A stretch of DNA of 64,000 nucleotides from Gemmatimonadales bacterium (GCA_035538515.1 DATLKF010000007.1:131438-195437), one strand, 5' to 3'. Positions 7,303-18,570 are shown, counted from the stretch's first letter. Program-made: numbers and translations. The notes: a model not told the origin generated them from the sequence alone.

Positions 7303-8216
7303 CGGACGCGCGCGCCTTGAACGCGTGGCGTCGCTGGGGCTACCGCGTGCTGCCCGGCGACCTGTTCTCCTACGTCCTGCACATGCGGCCCGCGGAGTGG
7401 CCGATTATGGCGGGGCACACGGTGCTAGGCTACGGTCTCGCGGCCGGCCTTTCGGGGGTGGTGCGTGGTGCGTGGTTGCCGCAGGTGATGCTCGCCCTTC
7501 TCGTGTGGGTGATCTGCTTGAACGGCGGCACGCTCGCGCTCAATTCTGTCTTCGACGAGGACGAGGGCGACATCGGATACCTGAACACGCCGCCACCCCT
7601 GCCGCGGTACCTGCTTGGCTTCAGCGTCGGGCTGCTCGTCCTCGGGCAGCTCTTGAGCTTCGCGCTCCCGCCCGCGTTTCGCGTCGCCTACGGCATCTGT
7701 TTCGTGCTCTCGGTGTTGTACTCGGTGCCGCCGTTCCGCCTCAAGGCGGTGGCGGGCGTCGACTGGCTGATCAACATGTGGGGCTTCGGCACACTGACGC
7801 CGTTCGCCACGTGGGCCGCGACGGGACGCCTGCTGCAGGTCGGCGACGCGCTCGTGCTACTCGGGTTCTGCCCGCTGTTTGCCGGGCTCTATCCACTCAC
7901 GCAGCTGTATCAACTGGATGAGGACCGGCGGCGCGGCGACCGGACGCTGGCCTTGATGCTCGGCCTCAAGGCGAGCCTCGCCATCTCCATCGCGTGCACG
8001 TTACTTGCCTTCGCGCTGTTCGCGTGGGCCACGGTAGTGCTGCGCGTGCCGGCGTGGCTGCTCGTCGTGCCGCTCGCCGTGTGGCTCGCCGTACTGGGGC
8101 CGTGGTACGAGCGCCGCGACACGCTCGCCCCCGCCGATCACCAGCGCGGCATGTACCGGGCGCTCGCCGCGTGGGCGGTCACCGATGTCGCCATCCTCCT
8201 GGTGTTTGCCCGGTGA
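7296..8216 (+). CDS. UbiA-superfamily prenyltransferase-like membrane protein
   Basis: Polytopic. Motifs LNSVFDEDEGD and YQLDEDRRRGDRTL resemble the two Asp-rich UbiA motifs. GTG start overlaps the coaX stop. Confidence 0.6.
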   Translation: MVADARALNAWRRWGYRVLPGDLFSYVLHMRPAEWPIMAGHTVLGYGLAAGLSGVVRGAWLPQVMLALLVWVICLNGGTLALNSVFDEDEGDIGYLNTPPPLPRYLLGFSVGLLVLGQLLSFALPPAFRVAYGICFVLSVLYSVPPFRLKAVAGVDWLINMWGFGTLTPFATWAATGRLLQVGDALVLLGFCPLFAGLYPLTQLYQLDEDRRRGDRTLALMLGLKASLAISIACTLLAFALFAWATVVLRVPAWLLVVPLAVWLAVLGPWYERRDTLAPADHQRGMYRALAAWAVTDVAILLVFAR

Positions 8217-8270
8217 GAGCGCGCGCTTAGATTTCGCGACCTGATTGGTTCTGACAGAGGAGGCCGAGGC

Positions 8271-8885
8271 ATGGCTGTGACCGCGACACCACAGGCAGCG
8301 GACCGCTCCGACTTCCGCACGGTCACCGTGAGCGGCGCCAAGCTCGGCGTGGCGACTGGGGTGGCGGTCGTGCTCGTCGTGGCCGCGTCCCGTGGCGTTC
8401 CCGACGTCGGAGGCCTGCGGGCCGTGGTGGAGGCGCTCGTCGTGTTGGTGGCGGCCGTCGCCGCCGGCTTCCTTCCCGGGTCATGGACCGCCGCGCGGAC
8501 CACCGAGGGCATTGCCGCCGCTGCGGCCGTTGGCCTCGTGGGCACGGTCGTGTTCACCGCGATCGACATCACGTTGCTTCGCCCGTTCAAGGCGTATCCG
8601 TGGACCTGGGACGCCATCGGCGGCGGCAGCAGCTGGTGGTATCTCCCCGTCTGGTGGATGCTGGGCACGTTCCTCGCCTGGATGGGTGCGATCGTCACCG
8701 CTAGGGCGGGGGCGGGGGAAGCGACGCTGCTCCGTCGGGCCGGACCTGCAGTGGCCGGCAGCGTCATCCTCGCTGTTGTCGTGCGGCTCGCCGGCCTCGC
8801 TGTGCCGCTTCCGGTGGCGGTGGGCGGCGCGTTCACGCTCGTCCTCGCGGCGCTCGCCCTCGTCGCCCTGGCCCGTAAAGGCTAG
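8271..8885 (+). CDS. hypothetical integral membrane protein
   Basis: 204-aa ORF preceded by GAGGAGG 6 nt upstream, with several hydrophobic helices. No family recognised. Confidence 0.5.
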   Translation: MAVTATPQAADRSDFRTVTVSGAKLGVATGVAVVLVVAASRGVPDVGGLRAVVEALVVLVAAVAAGFLPGSWTAARTTEGIAAAAAVGLVGTVVFTAIDITLLRPFKAYPWTWDAIGGGSSWWYLPVWWMLGTFLAWMGAIVTARAGAGEATLLRRAGPAVAGSVILAVVVRLAGLAVPLPVAVGGAFTLVLAALALVALARKG

Positions 8886-8905
8886 GGCGGGCAAGGGGGG
8901 CGCCG

Positions 8906-9190
8906 GTGCCCCGCTGGCTGGCTCATCTCCTGGTCGTCGTTGGCTGGTTGCTCACGCCGGTCTGGGCGTGGCTCGCCTCCTACGTCGGCCTGTGGGCCGG
9001 CGCGCTCGTCGCCACCGGCTTCGGGCGTCCGCTGATCATGCTCGCCGTCGCGGCCGGCGCGGCGGCGCTGAGCGGCTTCGCAGCCCTTGCGTTGTGGGTA
9101 CGTTTCATGCGACGCGTGCCGCATCTCCTATCCCACCACATGGCGCCGCGCGCGTCGGAGGAGCAGCGGGCGATTGCCGCCGCTGACTAG
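8906..9190 (+). CDS. hypothetical small membrane protein
   Basis: 94-aa ORF with two or three predicted TM helices. No family recognised. Confidence 0.4.
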   Translation: MPRWLAHLLVVVGWLLTPVWAWLASYVGLWAGALVATGFGRPLIMLAVAAGAAALSGFAALALWVRFMRRVPHLLSHHMAPRASEEQRAIAAAD

Positions 9191-9197
9191 GGGGGGG

Positions 9198-10199
9198 CTG
9201 AGGCGCGGGGGGCGGGGGCGGGTAGCGCTCGTGCTCCCGTTCCTCGTGCTTCCCCTGTCGGCGACCCTCGCCGCCCAGGGACGCGGACTGGAGTTCCATC
9301 GCGGCCGCTGGTACAACGGGAATCGAGCCGACGTCTACGAGTTTCGCACCAGCTCGCGCCTCGGGGGCGGGCCGCTTACGCACGGGTTCGGCCTCGCATT
9401 GCTGGTGAGCGATACGCTCGGCCGCCGCCGGGCGTTTTACGGATTGGGCTACGAGCTCCAAGCCTGGCGAGGGCGCGCCACGCTGGCGCCGTACGCGCTC
9501 GCCGGCCTGGCCCTCGGCTTCTCGACCGACACGTCCACGCAGGAGGTGGCCGCACAGTGGACGGTGGGCGGTGGCCTTGAGTGGCGACCGCTGGGCTGGC
9601 TGGGGTTCGGGAGCGAGGTTCGCTACCGGCTCGAGGATCGCGGTCCGCGTGGGTTCTGGAATCCGCGTCCGGACGCGCGCCGAGGAGTTAGCGCGACGAT
9701 CGGGATCTCCGTCGGCTTGGGAAAGGCGGGGCGAGGCGGTGAGGGGGCGCGCGGGGGATACGGCGCTCCGCCCGAGCTACCACCGCCGAAGCCCCCGGCG
9801 ACGATAACCGGCAACGCCGCGGACGTCGTGCAAACGGCCATCGAGTCGCTGGGCACGCCGTACCTCTGGGGTGGGACGGAGGACAACGGGTTCGACTGCT
9901 CAGGGCTGATCCAGTACGCCTACGGGCAGCACGGCATTCGGCTGCCGCGCATGAGCCGGGATCAGGCGCGCGCCGGCGCCGAAGTGCCCCCTGTGATCGA
10001 CGCACTGCGGCCGGGCGATGTGCTGCTGTTCAGCGCGCGTCCGGGAGGCGGCGTAACCCACGTCGGGATGTACGTCGGCGAGCTGAAATTCATCCACAGC
10101 TCGACCCGGGGCGTGAAGCTGTCCCGCCTCGATCCGCAGGACCCGGAGGGCGGCTACTGGCTGGATCGGTGGGTGGGGGCGCGGAGAATAATTCCGTGA
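9198..10199 (+). CDS. secreted NlpC/P60-family peptidoglycan hydrolase with N-terminal beta-rich domain
   Basis: C-terminal YLWGGTEDNGFDCSGLIQYAY...HVGMYVG...FIHS (Cys-His NlpC/P60 core). Signal peptide RRGGRGRVALVLPFLVLPLSATLAAQ. Start unresolved: in-frame TTG 9087 (104-nt overlap with the upstream ORF), CTG 9198 or GTG 9231. Confidence 0.72.
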   Translation: MRRGGRGRVALVLPFLVLPLSATLAAQGRGLEFHRGRWYNGNRADVYEFRTSSRLGGGPLTHGFGLALLVSDTLGRRRAFYGLGYELQAWRGRATLAPYALAGLALGFSTDTSTQEVAAQWTVGGGLEWRPLGWLGFGSEVRYRLEDRGPRGFWNPRPDARRGVSATIGISVGLGKAGRGGEGARGGYGAPPELPPPKPPATITGNAADVVQTAIESLGTPYLWGGTEDNGFDCSGLIQYAYGQHGIRLPRMSRDQARAGAEVPPVIDALRPGDVLLFSARPGGGVTHVGMYVGELKFIHSSTRGVKLSRLDPQDPEGGYWLDRWVGARRIIP

Positions 10200-10678
10200 A
10201 CCGTTGCACGACGTCACGACGCCACGAGGCACGGGGGCCCGCCTGGTCCCAGCTGTTCGTGCAACTTGGCGTCTTGGCGTCGTGTAACGCCCTCGTTGCC
10301 GCCTGCGCCCCGGCCGCCCGCTACGAGGAGCCGTCCGACCTGCGCGCCTACGAGATCCTGATCACCCGCCATGACTCCCTCGGACGCGAACTGGCACAGG
10401 GACTCAAACGCCGCGGGTTCACCGTGCGCGATCGAGTGCGGGGTGGGGGGCGGCCGACCGCGTACCTGTTCGCATTCACGTTTCGCGAGACCGACCCTCC
10501 TGGGGGAGGGGTCACCTGGCTCGACGTCCGACTGGCCGACACCCGGTCCGGCGCGATCGTCGCCGCGGCATCGGTGCCGCTCGACTCGCTGGGCGGACCG
10601 CTAGCGGAGCGTGCCGTGGTCATCGTCGACTCGCTCGCCGCGTCGGCCACCCTGCGGCAATCCCTGTCGCCCCCTTGA
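10196..10678 (+). CDS. hypothetical lipoprotein
   Basis: GTG 10196 forms a GTGA overlap with the upstream stop. Lipobox-like LVAAC follows a hydrophobic segment. No family recognised. Confidence 0.45.
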   Translation: MNRCTTSRRHEARGPAWSQLFVQLGVLASCNALVAACAPAARYEEPSDLRAYEILITRHDSLGRELAQGLKRRGFTVRDRVRGGGRPTAYLFAFTFRETDPPGGGVTWLDVRLADTRSGAIVAAASVPLDSLGGPLAERAVVIVDSLAASATLRQSLSPP

Positions 10679-10715
10679 CACGGCGCCGTGATCGGGAGAA
10701 ATTCCGCGCGGTTGA

Positions 10716-10742
10716 TTAGCACTCACATAGCATGAGTGCTAA
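10716..10742. promoter_or_regulatory. CIRCE operator (HrcA binding site)
   Basis: Perfect match to the consensus TTAGCACTC-N9-GAGTGCTAA (TTAGCACTC ACATAGCAT GAGTGCTAA), 56 nt upstream of groES. Confidence 0.92.
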
Positions 10743-10797
10743 CGCACTTATCCCACAAGCACTTATGACCAGATACCGAGCTGGAGGTAGAACCGCA

Positions 10798-11112
10798 ATG
10801 GCAACCGCAACGGCTGCGAAGACAAAGCTCAAGATCTTCCCGCTGGCGGATCGGGTGGCCATCCGGCCGATGGAGGAGACGGAGACGATGAAGGGCGGTC
10901 TCTACATCCCCGACACGGCCAAGGAGAAGCCGATTCAGGGCGAAGTGATTGCTGTGGGTCCCGGGCGTCGTGAGAAGGGCGAGGCGGTCCCGATGGAGCT
11001 GAAGGTGGGGGACCGGGTGGTCTATGGGAAGTACAGCGGTACGCAGGTCGAGTTGGAGGGCGAGGAAATCATTCTCATCAAGGAATCGGACGTCATCGCC
11101 AAGCTTGGCTGA
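10798..11112 (+). CDS. groES: co-chaperonin GroES
   Basis: [13 protein letters not shown]...[27 protein letters not shown] 10798 is preceded by GGAGGT. The ORF-track start at 10732 lies inside CIRCE and was rejected. Confidence 0.95.
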   Translation: MATATAAKTKLKIFPLADRVAIRPMEETETMKGGLYIPDTAKEKPIQGEVIAVGPGRREKGEAVPMELKVGDRVVYGKYSGTQVELEGEEIILIKESDVIAKLG

Positions 11113-11134
11113 GGTCTTCTAGGAGGAAAACGAC

Positions 11135-12772
<1,638 letters not shown>

Positions 12773-12775
12773 GAG

Positions 12776-12880
12776 CTAGACGCGTAGACGCACAGACGGA
12801 AAGCGGTACGTAGGAAACAGGGGTCGGGAGCATCTCCCGGCCCCGGTGTGCTGTGGGCCACTGTGCGTCTGTGCGTCTAG
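12776..12880. repeat. Octamer-unit palindrome (AGACGCRY arms) enclosing an inner GC hairpin
   Basis: The left arm CTAGACGCGTAGACGCACAGACGG (12776-12799) is approximately the reverse complement of CCACTGTGCGTCTGTGCGTCTAG (12858-12880). The inner 11-bp hairpin GGGGTCGGGAG-CAT-CTCCCGGCCCC lies at 12820-12844. Confidence 0.85.
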
Positions 12881-12909
12881 TTGTTGCCTGTGCGCGTATC
12901 TTTGCTCCA

Positions 12910-15012
12910 ATGCCTGCCCCCACGCCTGAGCGCGCCACCCTTTCCCGCGATCTCGCCGACTTCCTGATCGAGCTGTCCATCGCGCTCCACAAGCACGCCA
13001 TGTACCCCGAGGGGCACCCCTCCCTCGGCCCGGCCGCCGCGGCTCTCGCCCGGCGTGCGGCCTTGCTGCTCGAGGACCGGTCCACGCTGTCACTCGGCGT
13101 CGCTCGCCAGCAGCTAGTAATCGAGGGCGTGGCGACCGACCCGAAGCACCCGGTCCTCGGAGAGCTGGCCAGCCGCCTGCATCGGCACCACCTCGGAGCA
13201 GTCACGTTTCGCCGTGGCGTGGAAGACGCCGAGGTGGCGAGCGTGCTCAAGACACTGGCCGTCGATGCCGACCGCAGCGGCAGTCCCCTCGGCCTGGGCC
13301 CACCCGAGCGGTTGCGCGCCTGGCCGCACGTGCAACTGCACCCGCTCACGTACGAACGGCTCGAGTTGGTGGACGATGCGACCGCCGCGATGGAGGGCGG
13401 GGCTGGCGCCCGCGCCGCGCAGCTCTGGGTGGGGCTGGCGCGCGCCGCGTTGAGCGCGCAGACGGGCCCCGACACCGCGACCGAACCCGCCGTGATCGCG
13501 CGGGCGATCGACGAGCATCCGAGGAGCGACGCCGCGGCCTACGATCAGGTGATTGTAGGCTACCTCCTGCAGATCGCCGCCGAACTCAAGACGGCGGGCA
13601 GCGCGGAAGCGATTGCGCTGCGGCGCCGGACGTCCCGCTTGATTCGCGCCCTCAAGCCGGAAACGCTGCGGCGGCTGGTGGAAATGGGTGGCGATTTCAT
13701 GCAGCGCCGTAGCTTCGTGTACGATGCCACGGACGGTATGGCCGTGGACGCCGTGCTCGACATCGTGCAGGCGGCTGCCGAATCGTCGCACCAGTCCATC
13801 TCCCACTCGCTGGTCCGGATGCTCGCGAAGCTGGCCGCGCATGCGGAGACCGGGACGGAGCAGGTGCGACCACAGGCCGACGCGGCGCTCCGCGACCAGG
13901 TGCGCCGTCTCCTCGAAGGCTGGACCCTGGCCGACCCCAACCCGGACGCGTACGGAGCGGCGCTGCAGGGCATGTCGCGCGCCGCGCCCCCCACGCCCCC
14001 CACGCCCCCCGCGCCCCCTGGTTCCCCCGCGGCGCACGGACCCGATCGGGGCGGACACCCTACCGAGCCCGATCGGATCGTCGCGATGGCGCTCGAGGTC
14101 GACACCGTCAGCCAGCATGTGCTCGATGCCGCTGCGGGGGTCGTCGCGGAGGGACGGCTCGGTCGCCTGCTCGACGCCCTCGAACAGGTCCCCGAATCAC
14201 AGTGGGCGGCCGCGGCCGTGTGGGCGCGCATCGCGACCGCGGACGTCGTGCGATCGCTTGCGACCCACGATCCCGTGGACTTCGCCACGCTCGAGCGGTT
14301 GGTGCCGCGCGTCGGCGTGCCAGCCGCCCCGCCGCTGCTCGACGCCCTTGCCACCGCCGTCGCGCGCGGCACCCGCCGTGGGTTGCTGGCCCAGCTCGCC
14401 AAGATGGGCGCGGGGATCGCGCCCCTCGTGATCCAACGACTCGATGCTCCCCACTGGTACGTGACGCGTAACCTGCTCGCCCTGCTCGAGGAGTTGTCAC
14501 CGCTCCCGCAGGGGTTCTCCGCCGCGGCCTACTTGCGTCACGCGGACGCGCGGGTCCGCTGGCAGGCGGTCAAGCTTCAGGTGAAGCTGCCCCAGGAACG
14601 CGACGCCGCTCTAGCGGCGGGGCTCCAGGATCCGGATGCGCGGACGTTGCGGCTGGCACTCGGATTGGCGGTGGCGCTCCAGAGCTGCCCTGACGGCGCG
14701 GTTCCCGCGCTCACGAGCCACGCCGTCGACCGGACGCTCCCGACGGACTTGCGCGTGCTCGCGATCCGCGCTCTGGGGTACGCGCGCGTGTCCGGGGCGC
14801 TCACCACCCTCCTGCGCTTGACCTCCGGGGGCCGGTCGCTGTTCGGCCGGGAAAAGTGGCCCCCCAAGTCACCGGAGCTGTTGGTGGCGCTCACGGCGCT
14901 CGCCGCCGGCTGGCAAGGCGACGCGCGGGCGCGGGCCACGCTGGCGCGCGCAGCGGCGGCGAGCGACGTCGAGATCCGCGCCGCCGCCCAAGGCGGAGGG
15001 CTTCGCGCGTGA
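12910..15012 (+). CDS. hypothetical alpha-helical (HEAT/ARM-like) protein with an HD-GYP-associated N-terminal domain
   Basis: About 700 aa, Ala/Leu-rich and helical, with a PPTPPTPPAPPGSP linker. The N-terminus resembles that of the downstream HD-GYP protein. Start placed at ATG 12910. Function unknown. Confidence 0.6.
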   Translation: MPAPTPERATLSRDLADFLIELSIALHKHAMYPEGHPSLGPAAAALARRAALLLEDRSTLSLGVARQQLVIEGVATDPKHPVLGELASRLHRHHLGAVTFRRGVEDAEVASVLKTLAVDADRSGSPLGLGPPERLRAWPHVQLHPLTYERLELVDDATAAMEGGAGARAAQLWVGLARAALSAQTGPDTATEPAVIARAIDEHPRSDAAAYDQVIVGYLLQIAAELKTAGSAEAIALRRRTSRLIRALKPETLRRLVEMGGDFMQRRSFVYDATDGMAVDAVLDIVQAAAESSHQSISHSLVRMLAKLAAHAETGTEQVRPQADAALRDQVRRLLEGWTLADPNPDAYGAALQGMSRAAPPTPPTPPAPPGSPAAHGPDRGGHPTEPDRIVAMALEVDTVSQHVLDAAAGVVAEGRLGRLLDALEQVPESQWAAAAVWARIATADVVRSLATHDPVDFATLERLVPRVGVPAAPPLLDALATAVARGTRRGLLAQLAKMGAGIAPLVIQRLDAPHWYVTRNLLALLEELSPLPQGFSAAAYLRHADARVRWQAVKLQVKLPQERDAALAAGLQDPDARTLRLALGLAVALQSCPDGAVPALTSHAVDRTLPTDLRVLAIRALGYARVSGALTTLLRLTSGGRSLFGREKWPPKSPELLVALTALAAGWQGDARARATLARAAAASDVEIRAAAQGGGLRA

Positions 15013-16205
15013 GCGGTCCGACCGACTTCCTGTCGGCCTTCGCCCACGCCCTCGCGGCGATGACGCTCTACGCCTCCGGGCATCCCGCGCGCGAGCGGGC
15101 GATCGACGACGCGTTTCGCGAGCTCGTGGACCTCCAGGCTGCGGACCCCCATCCGCTCTTCACCTTCCTGGGCGACGAGATCGTCTTCGGCAACCTGCCG
15201 CTGCGCGAGCTCAAGGCGTGGGACTGGTCCCGGCGACTGGCCCAGGCGGGGATCCAACGGCTCGAATTCGCCGAGCCGGTGGCCCGGCCCGACTTCGAAG
15301 GCTTCCTGGACGAGGTGCTCGCCCGGTTGACCCTGTCCGCGATCGACACCTCCGAGGCGCGACAGATGCGTCGCTCCAGCATTCGGTTCGGCTCGGTGGG
15401 TGTGAAAGGTGAGGTCGAGCAGCCGGTGGCGGCCATCCCCACGGCGACAATCAGCTACGCGCTGGGCGAGGAAGCGGAGACGGTTCGGTGGTTCCAGCAG
15501 GAAGTCAGGACGGGTGGCGCGGTGCCCCTCAGCGAAGCCGAGGCCGTGGTGCGGTCGCTCGCGATCGCCATGCACGGCGGCCGCCACATCGTGATTCCGC
15601 TGCTCCAGCTCAAGGAGTTCGACCAGTACACGACGACGCACTCGATGAACGTCGCCGTTCTGGCGATGGCCCTGGCCGAGCACCTGGGCTTGGGCGCGCG
15701 GGACGTGCGCACGTTCGGGATCGCCGGCCTGCTGCACGACATCGGCAAGGTGAAGATCCCGTTGGAGGTGTTGACGAAGCCGGGACGGTTCACCGACGAG
15801 GAGCGGGCGCTCATGAACCAGCATCCGGTCGAAGGCGCTCGCATCATCCTCCGCTCCGAGGAGGATCTCGATTTGCCCGCCGTGGTCGCCTACGAGCATC
15901 ACATCATGCTCGACGGCGGCGGCTATCCCACGATGCGGTTCCGCCGCGACTGCCACCGAGCCAGCAAGCTGGTGCACGTGTGCGATGTCTACGATGCGCT
16001 GCGCACGCATCGGCCGTACCGCGAAGCGTGGTCCCAGCAAAAAGCCCTGTTGTACCTGCAAGATCGCGCGGCCACGGAATTCGATCCCGAGATGGTGACG
16101 GCGTTCGTACGGATGATGCGCGACTGGGAGCCTCAGGTGGCGGTGATTACGGACGAGCGTGCCGCCGTGCCCGTAGCGGGGCCGGCCGGGGCCCCCGGTT
16201 GCTGA
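15009..16205 (+). CDS. HD-GYP domain protein (putative c-di-GMP phosphodiesterase)
   Basis: HSMNVA...GLLHDIGK and EHHIMLDGGGYP motifs. GTG 15009 forms a GTGA overlap with the upstream stop. Confidence 0.85.
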   Translation: MSGPTDFLSAFAHALAAMTLYASGHPARERAIDDAFRELVDLQAADPHPLFTFLGDEIVFGNLPLRELKAWDWSRRLAQAGIQRLEFAEPVARPDFEGFLDEVLARLTLSAIDTSEARQMRRSSIRFGSVGVKGEVEQPVAAIPTATISYALGEEAETVRWFQQEVRTGGAVPLSEAEAVVRSLAIAMHGGRHIVIPLLQLKEFDQYTTTHSMNVAVLAMALAEHLGLGARDVRTFGIAGLLHDIGKVKIPLEVLTKPGRFTDEERALMNQHPVEGARIILRSEEDLDLPAVVAYEHHIMLDGGGYPTMRFRRDCHRASKLVHVCDVYDALRTHRPYREAWSQQKALLYLQDRAATEFDPEMVTAFVRMMRDWEPQVAVITDERAAVPVAGPAGAPGC

Positions 16206-16236
16206 GCCCCACGGTCCGGGGTACATATCTTTCGAG

Positions 16237-16656
16237 GTGACCGTGGCTCGCGTGCTCGTGACTCCCACCGTCGGCGTGCTTGCCCTGTTGCTCGGCGTCG
16301 TTCCTGCTGGCGCGCAAACCCCTGATCCCCCGCGTGGCCGTGGCCACCGCCTCGAGGGTAAGTGGGAGGCCAGGACCGATGACGAGATCCGCAACATCAT
16401 GGTACGGAGTGACAGCTCCGCTCAGTTCGGCGATCAGGTGGCGCGCTGGCGGGTGGTGGGCGACAGCTTGTGGCTGACCCTCGGCGACGGCGTCTGGCAG
16501 GTCTACGGCATGAAGCTGGAGAACGACAAGCTCACGCTGTCGGGGGGCGATCTTGAGAAGCCCGTCACCCTGCGACGTGTCGGACCGGCGGTCGCACGCG
16601 CCGATTCGGTCGCCATCCCACCGCCTCCGGCCACGACGGAGCGGGCGTGGGACTGA
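16237..16656 (+). CDS. hypothetical secreted protein
   Basis: 139 aa with signal peptide VGVLALLLGVVPAGAQ. No family recognised. Confidence 0.5.
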   Translation: MTVARVLVTPTVGVLALLLGVVPAGAQTPDPPRGRGHRLEGKWEARTDDEIRNIMVRSDSSAQFGDQVARWRVVGDSLWLTLGDGVWQVYGMKLENDKLTLSGGDLEKPVTLRRVGPAVARADSVAIPPPPATTERAWD

Positions 16657-16662
16657 CGCCCT

Positions 16663-18498
16663 TCAGGGTGCTTCCTGGATGTTGGCGACGCGCCAGCCGT
16701 TCGGAGTCCGACTGAAGCGGATCGTCTGGCGCAGCCGAGTCTCCTTCTGGGCGCCGCCGCCCGCCGGAACGTACAGGTAGTCCGTTCGCACGGAAGCGTA
16801 CGCCGTGTCGGCATGGATGGTCAGGCGCTCGACGGTGTAGTGGGCACGGAGCTGCTTGTAGCGCTCGAAAAACCCTTGCCATGCCCCCACGTCCTTGGCC
16901 GCCATCCCAGGCATCAGGACCTGCAGGTTGCCCACGCGTTCGCTCGAGACGGCGCGCTCCAAGTCCTGCAATAGGACGTCGATTCCGGCGCGTGGTTCCG
17001 TGGGCTGCGGCGATGGCGGTGCGACGCCCGCGGCCACCCCGACTTGCTCCGCGTCGAGCGCCGCCAGCCGCGCGACCGTGAAGTCCATGGCTGCGTACAG
17101 CGATTCCGCCCGCGCCAGCGAGGTGGCGGCGCGCCCTGCCTCGGGGCGGGTCGCCAGGGCATGCACCACCGGGGTGGCGCGGGCGATCGCCTGCTCGGCG
17201 TCCTGCCGCAGCCGCTGGGCCTCGGCTTGCGCCTTGGCGTATTGCGGGATGGCGCTCAGATATCCGTTGACGGCGCGGGCCAGGTTGCCGGTGCGCACGG
17301 CCCGCTCCGCCGTCTGCACCACGGTCTCGGCGAGGAGCAACGACGGCACGTTGTTCTTCATCGCTCCGGCCCGCCGCGCTCGTCCGCGGGCCGCGAGTGC
17401 GGAGTCGCGCTGCGCGACGATCGCGGAATTGAGGTTCGCCGGCACGGGGTACTCGAGCAGCTGGTCCAGCGTCACGCCGCCGGCGTCCACGTCCGACGGG
17501 GCGGCGGAGGGAGAGGGTGAGCGCGAGACGAACAGGACGACGAGCGCCGCCGCCATCAACGTCGTGAGGACCGCCGCGCGCCACCGTAACGGCGCGTGCG
17601 TGACGAGGCGCAGCACCGCGGACGGGATCGGCGTCCAGCGCAGGTTCAGGCGCTCGGTGGTGTCGGAGGCGCCGGAGAGCGCCGCCCGGATGCTGAACAA
17701 CGCGGACTGCATCTGGCGCGCCGTCTCGTAGCGCTCCTCGGGCAACTTGTTCATCGCCTTGGCCACCACGCGCTCGAGGGCGGCGGGGATCGAGGGCGCC
17801 ATGGCCCGCAGCGGCTTGGGGTCGGTGGTGAGCACCTGGTACAGCACGCCGTGTACGGTCTCCGCTTCAAACGGCTTGTGGTATGCGAGCAGCTCGTACA
17901 GCAGGCACCCGACTCCGAAGATGTCGGTGGCCGGTGTGATGGCGCCGTTGGTGATTTGCTCCGGTGCCATGTACGTCGGCGTTCCGACGATGGCACCCGA
18001 GCCCGTCACGTCTTCCGTCTGCAGCCGCGCGATCCCGAAGTCCATGATCTTGACCGAGCCATCGGACGCGATGCGCACGTTGGACGGTTTGATGTCGCGA
18101 TGGATCACGCCGCGCTCGTGCGCGTAATACAGCCCCTGCAGGACCTCGATGACGATGTCGAGCTTGCGTTCGAGCGCGAGCGGCTCGTGCAGGGCGATCA
18201 GCGAGCTCAAGTCGTGACCGTCGACCAGCTCCATCGCGATGAACAGCTGATCGTCCGCTTCTCCCAAATCGTAGATCGTGACGATGTTGGGATGTTGGAG
18301 CGCGCCCGCGGCGCGGGCTTCACCGAGGAAGCGATTGCGGACGTCGGCCGGACGGCCGACGCGGGACAGGAGCTTCAGCGCGACAAACCGGCGAATGACC
18401 GAGTCATACGCCTTCCACACGGCGCCCATCGCGCCTTCGCCGATGAGCTCGTGCAGCTCGAACTTCCCGATCCGACGGTATTGCTCGGTTTGGGGCAT
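16663..18498 (-). CDS. serine/threonine protein kinase with TM segment and extracytoplasmic C-terminal domain
   Basis: GEGAMGAVWKA, HRDIKPSN, DFGIA and YMAPE kinase motifs, followed by a hydrophobic helix (AAVLTTLMAAALVVLFV) and a domain of about 270 aa. Confidence 0.9.
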   Translation of the reverse strand: MPQTEQYRRIGKFELHELIGEGAMGAVWKAYDSVIRRFVALKLLSRVGRPADVRNRFLGEARAAGALQHPNIVTIYDLGEADDQLFIAMELVDGHDLSSLIALHEPLALERKLDIVIEVLQGLYYAHERGVIHRDIKPSNVRIASDGSVKIMDFGIARLQTEDVTGSGAIVGTPTYMAPEQITNGAITPATDIFGVGCLLYELLAYHKPFEAETVHGVLYQVLTTDPKPLRAMAPSIPAALERVVAKAMNKLPEERYETARQMQSALFSIRAALSGASDTTERLNLRWTPIPSAVLRLVTHAPLRWRAAVLTTLMAAALVVLFVSRSPSPSAAPSDVDAGGVTLDQLLEYPVPANLNSAIVAQRDSALAARGRARRAGAMKNNVPSLLLAETVVQTAERAVRTGNLARAVNGYLSAIPQYAKAQAEAQRLRQDAEQAIARATPVVHALATRPEAGRAATSLARAESLYAAMDFTVARLAALDAEQVGVAAGVAPPSPQPTEPRAGIDVLLQDLERAVSSERVGNLQVLMPGMAAKDVGAWQGFFERYKQLRAHYTVERLTIHADTAYASVRTDYLYVPAGGGAQKETRLRQTIRFSRTPNGWRVANIQEAP

Positions 18499-18570
18499 CT
18501 AGCCTGCATCTCACTGGGGTGCTCAATGTGCGCATTCCGTCGCGCAGGAGCAACAGGCGGAGCACGCCGG

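Noticed and set aside
10732-10797. The ORF-track start of groES at ATG 10732.
   Set aside because: That ATG lies inside the CIRCE operator and adds a non-homologous 22-aa extension. ATG 10798 has a GGAGGT Shine-Dalgarno sequence and gives a normal GroES N-terminus.
13984-14020. A tandem 9-nt C-rich repeat as a separate repeat element.
   Set aside because: It lies in frame within the 12910-15012 CDS and encodes a PPTPPTPPAPP linker. This is ordinary low-complexity coding sequence with no inverted partner.
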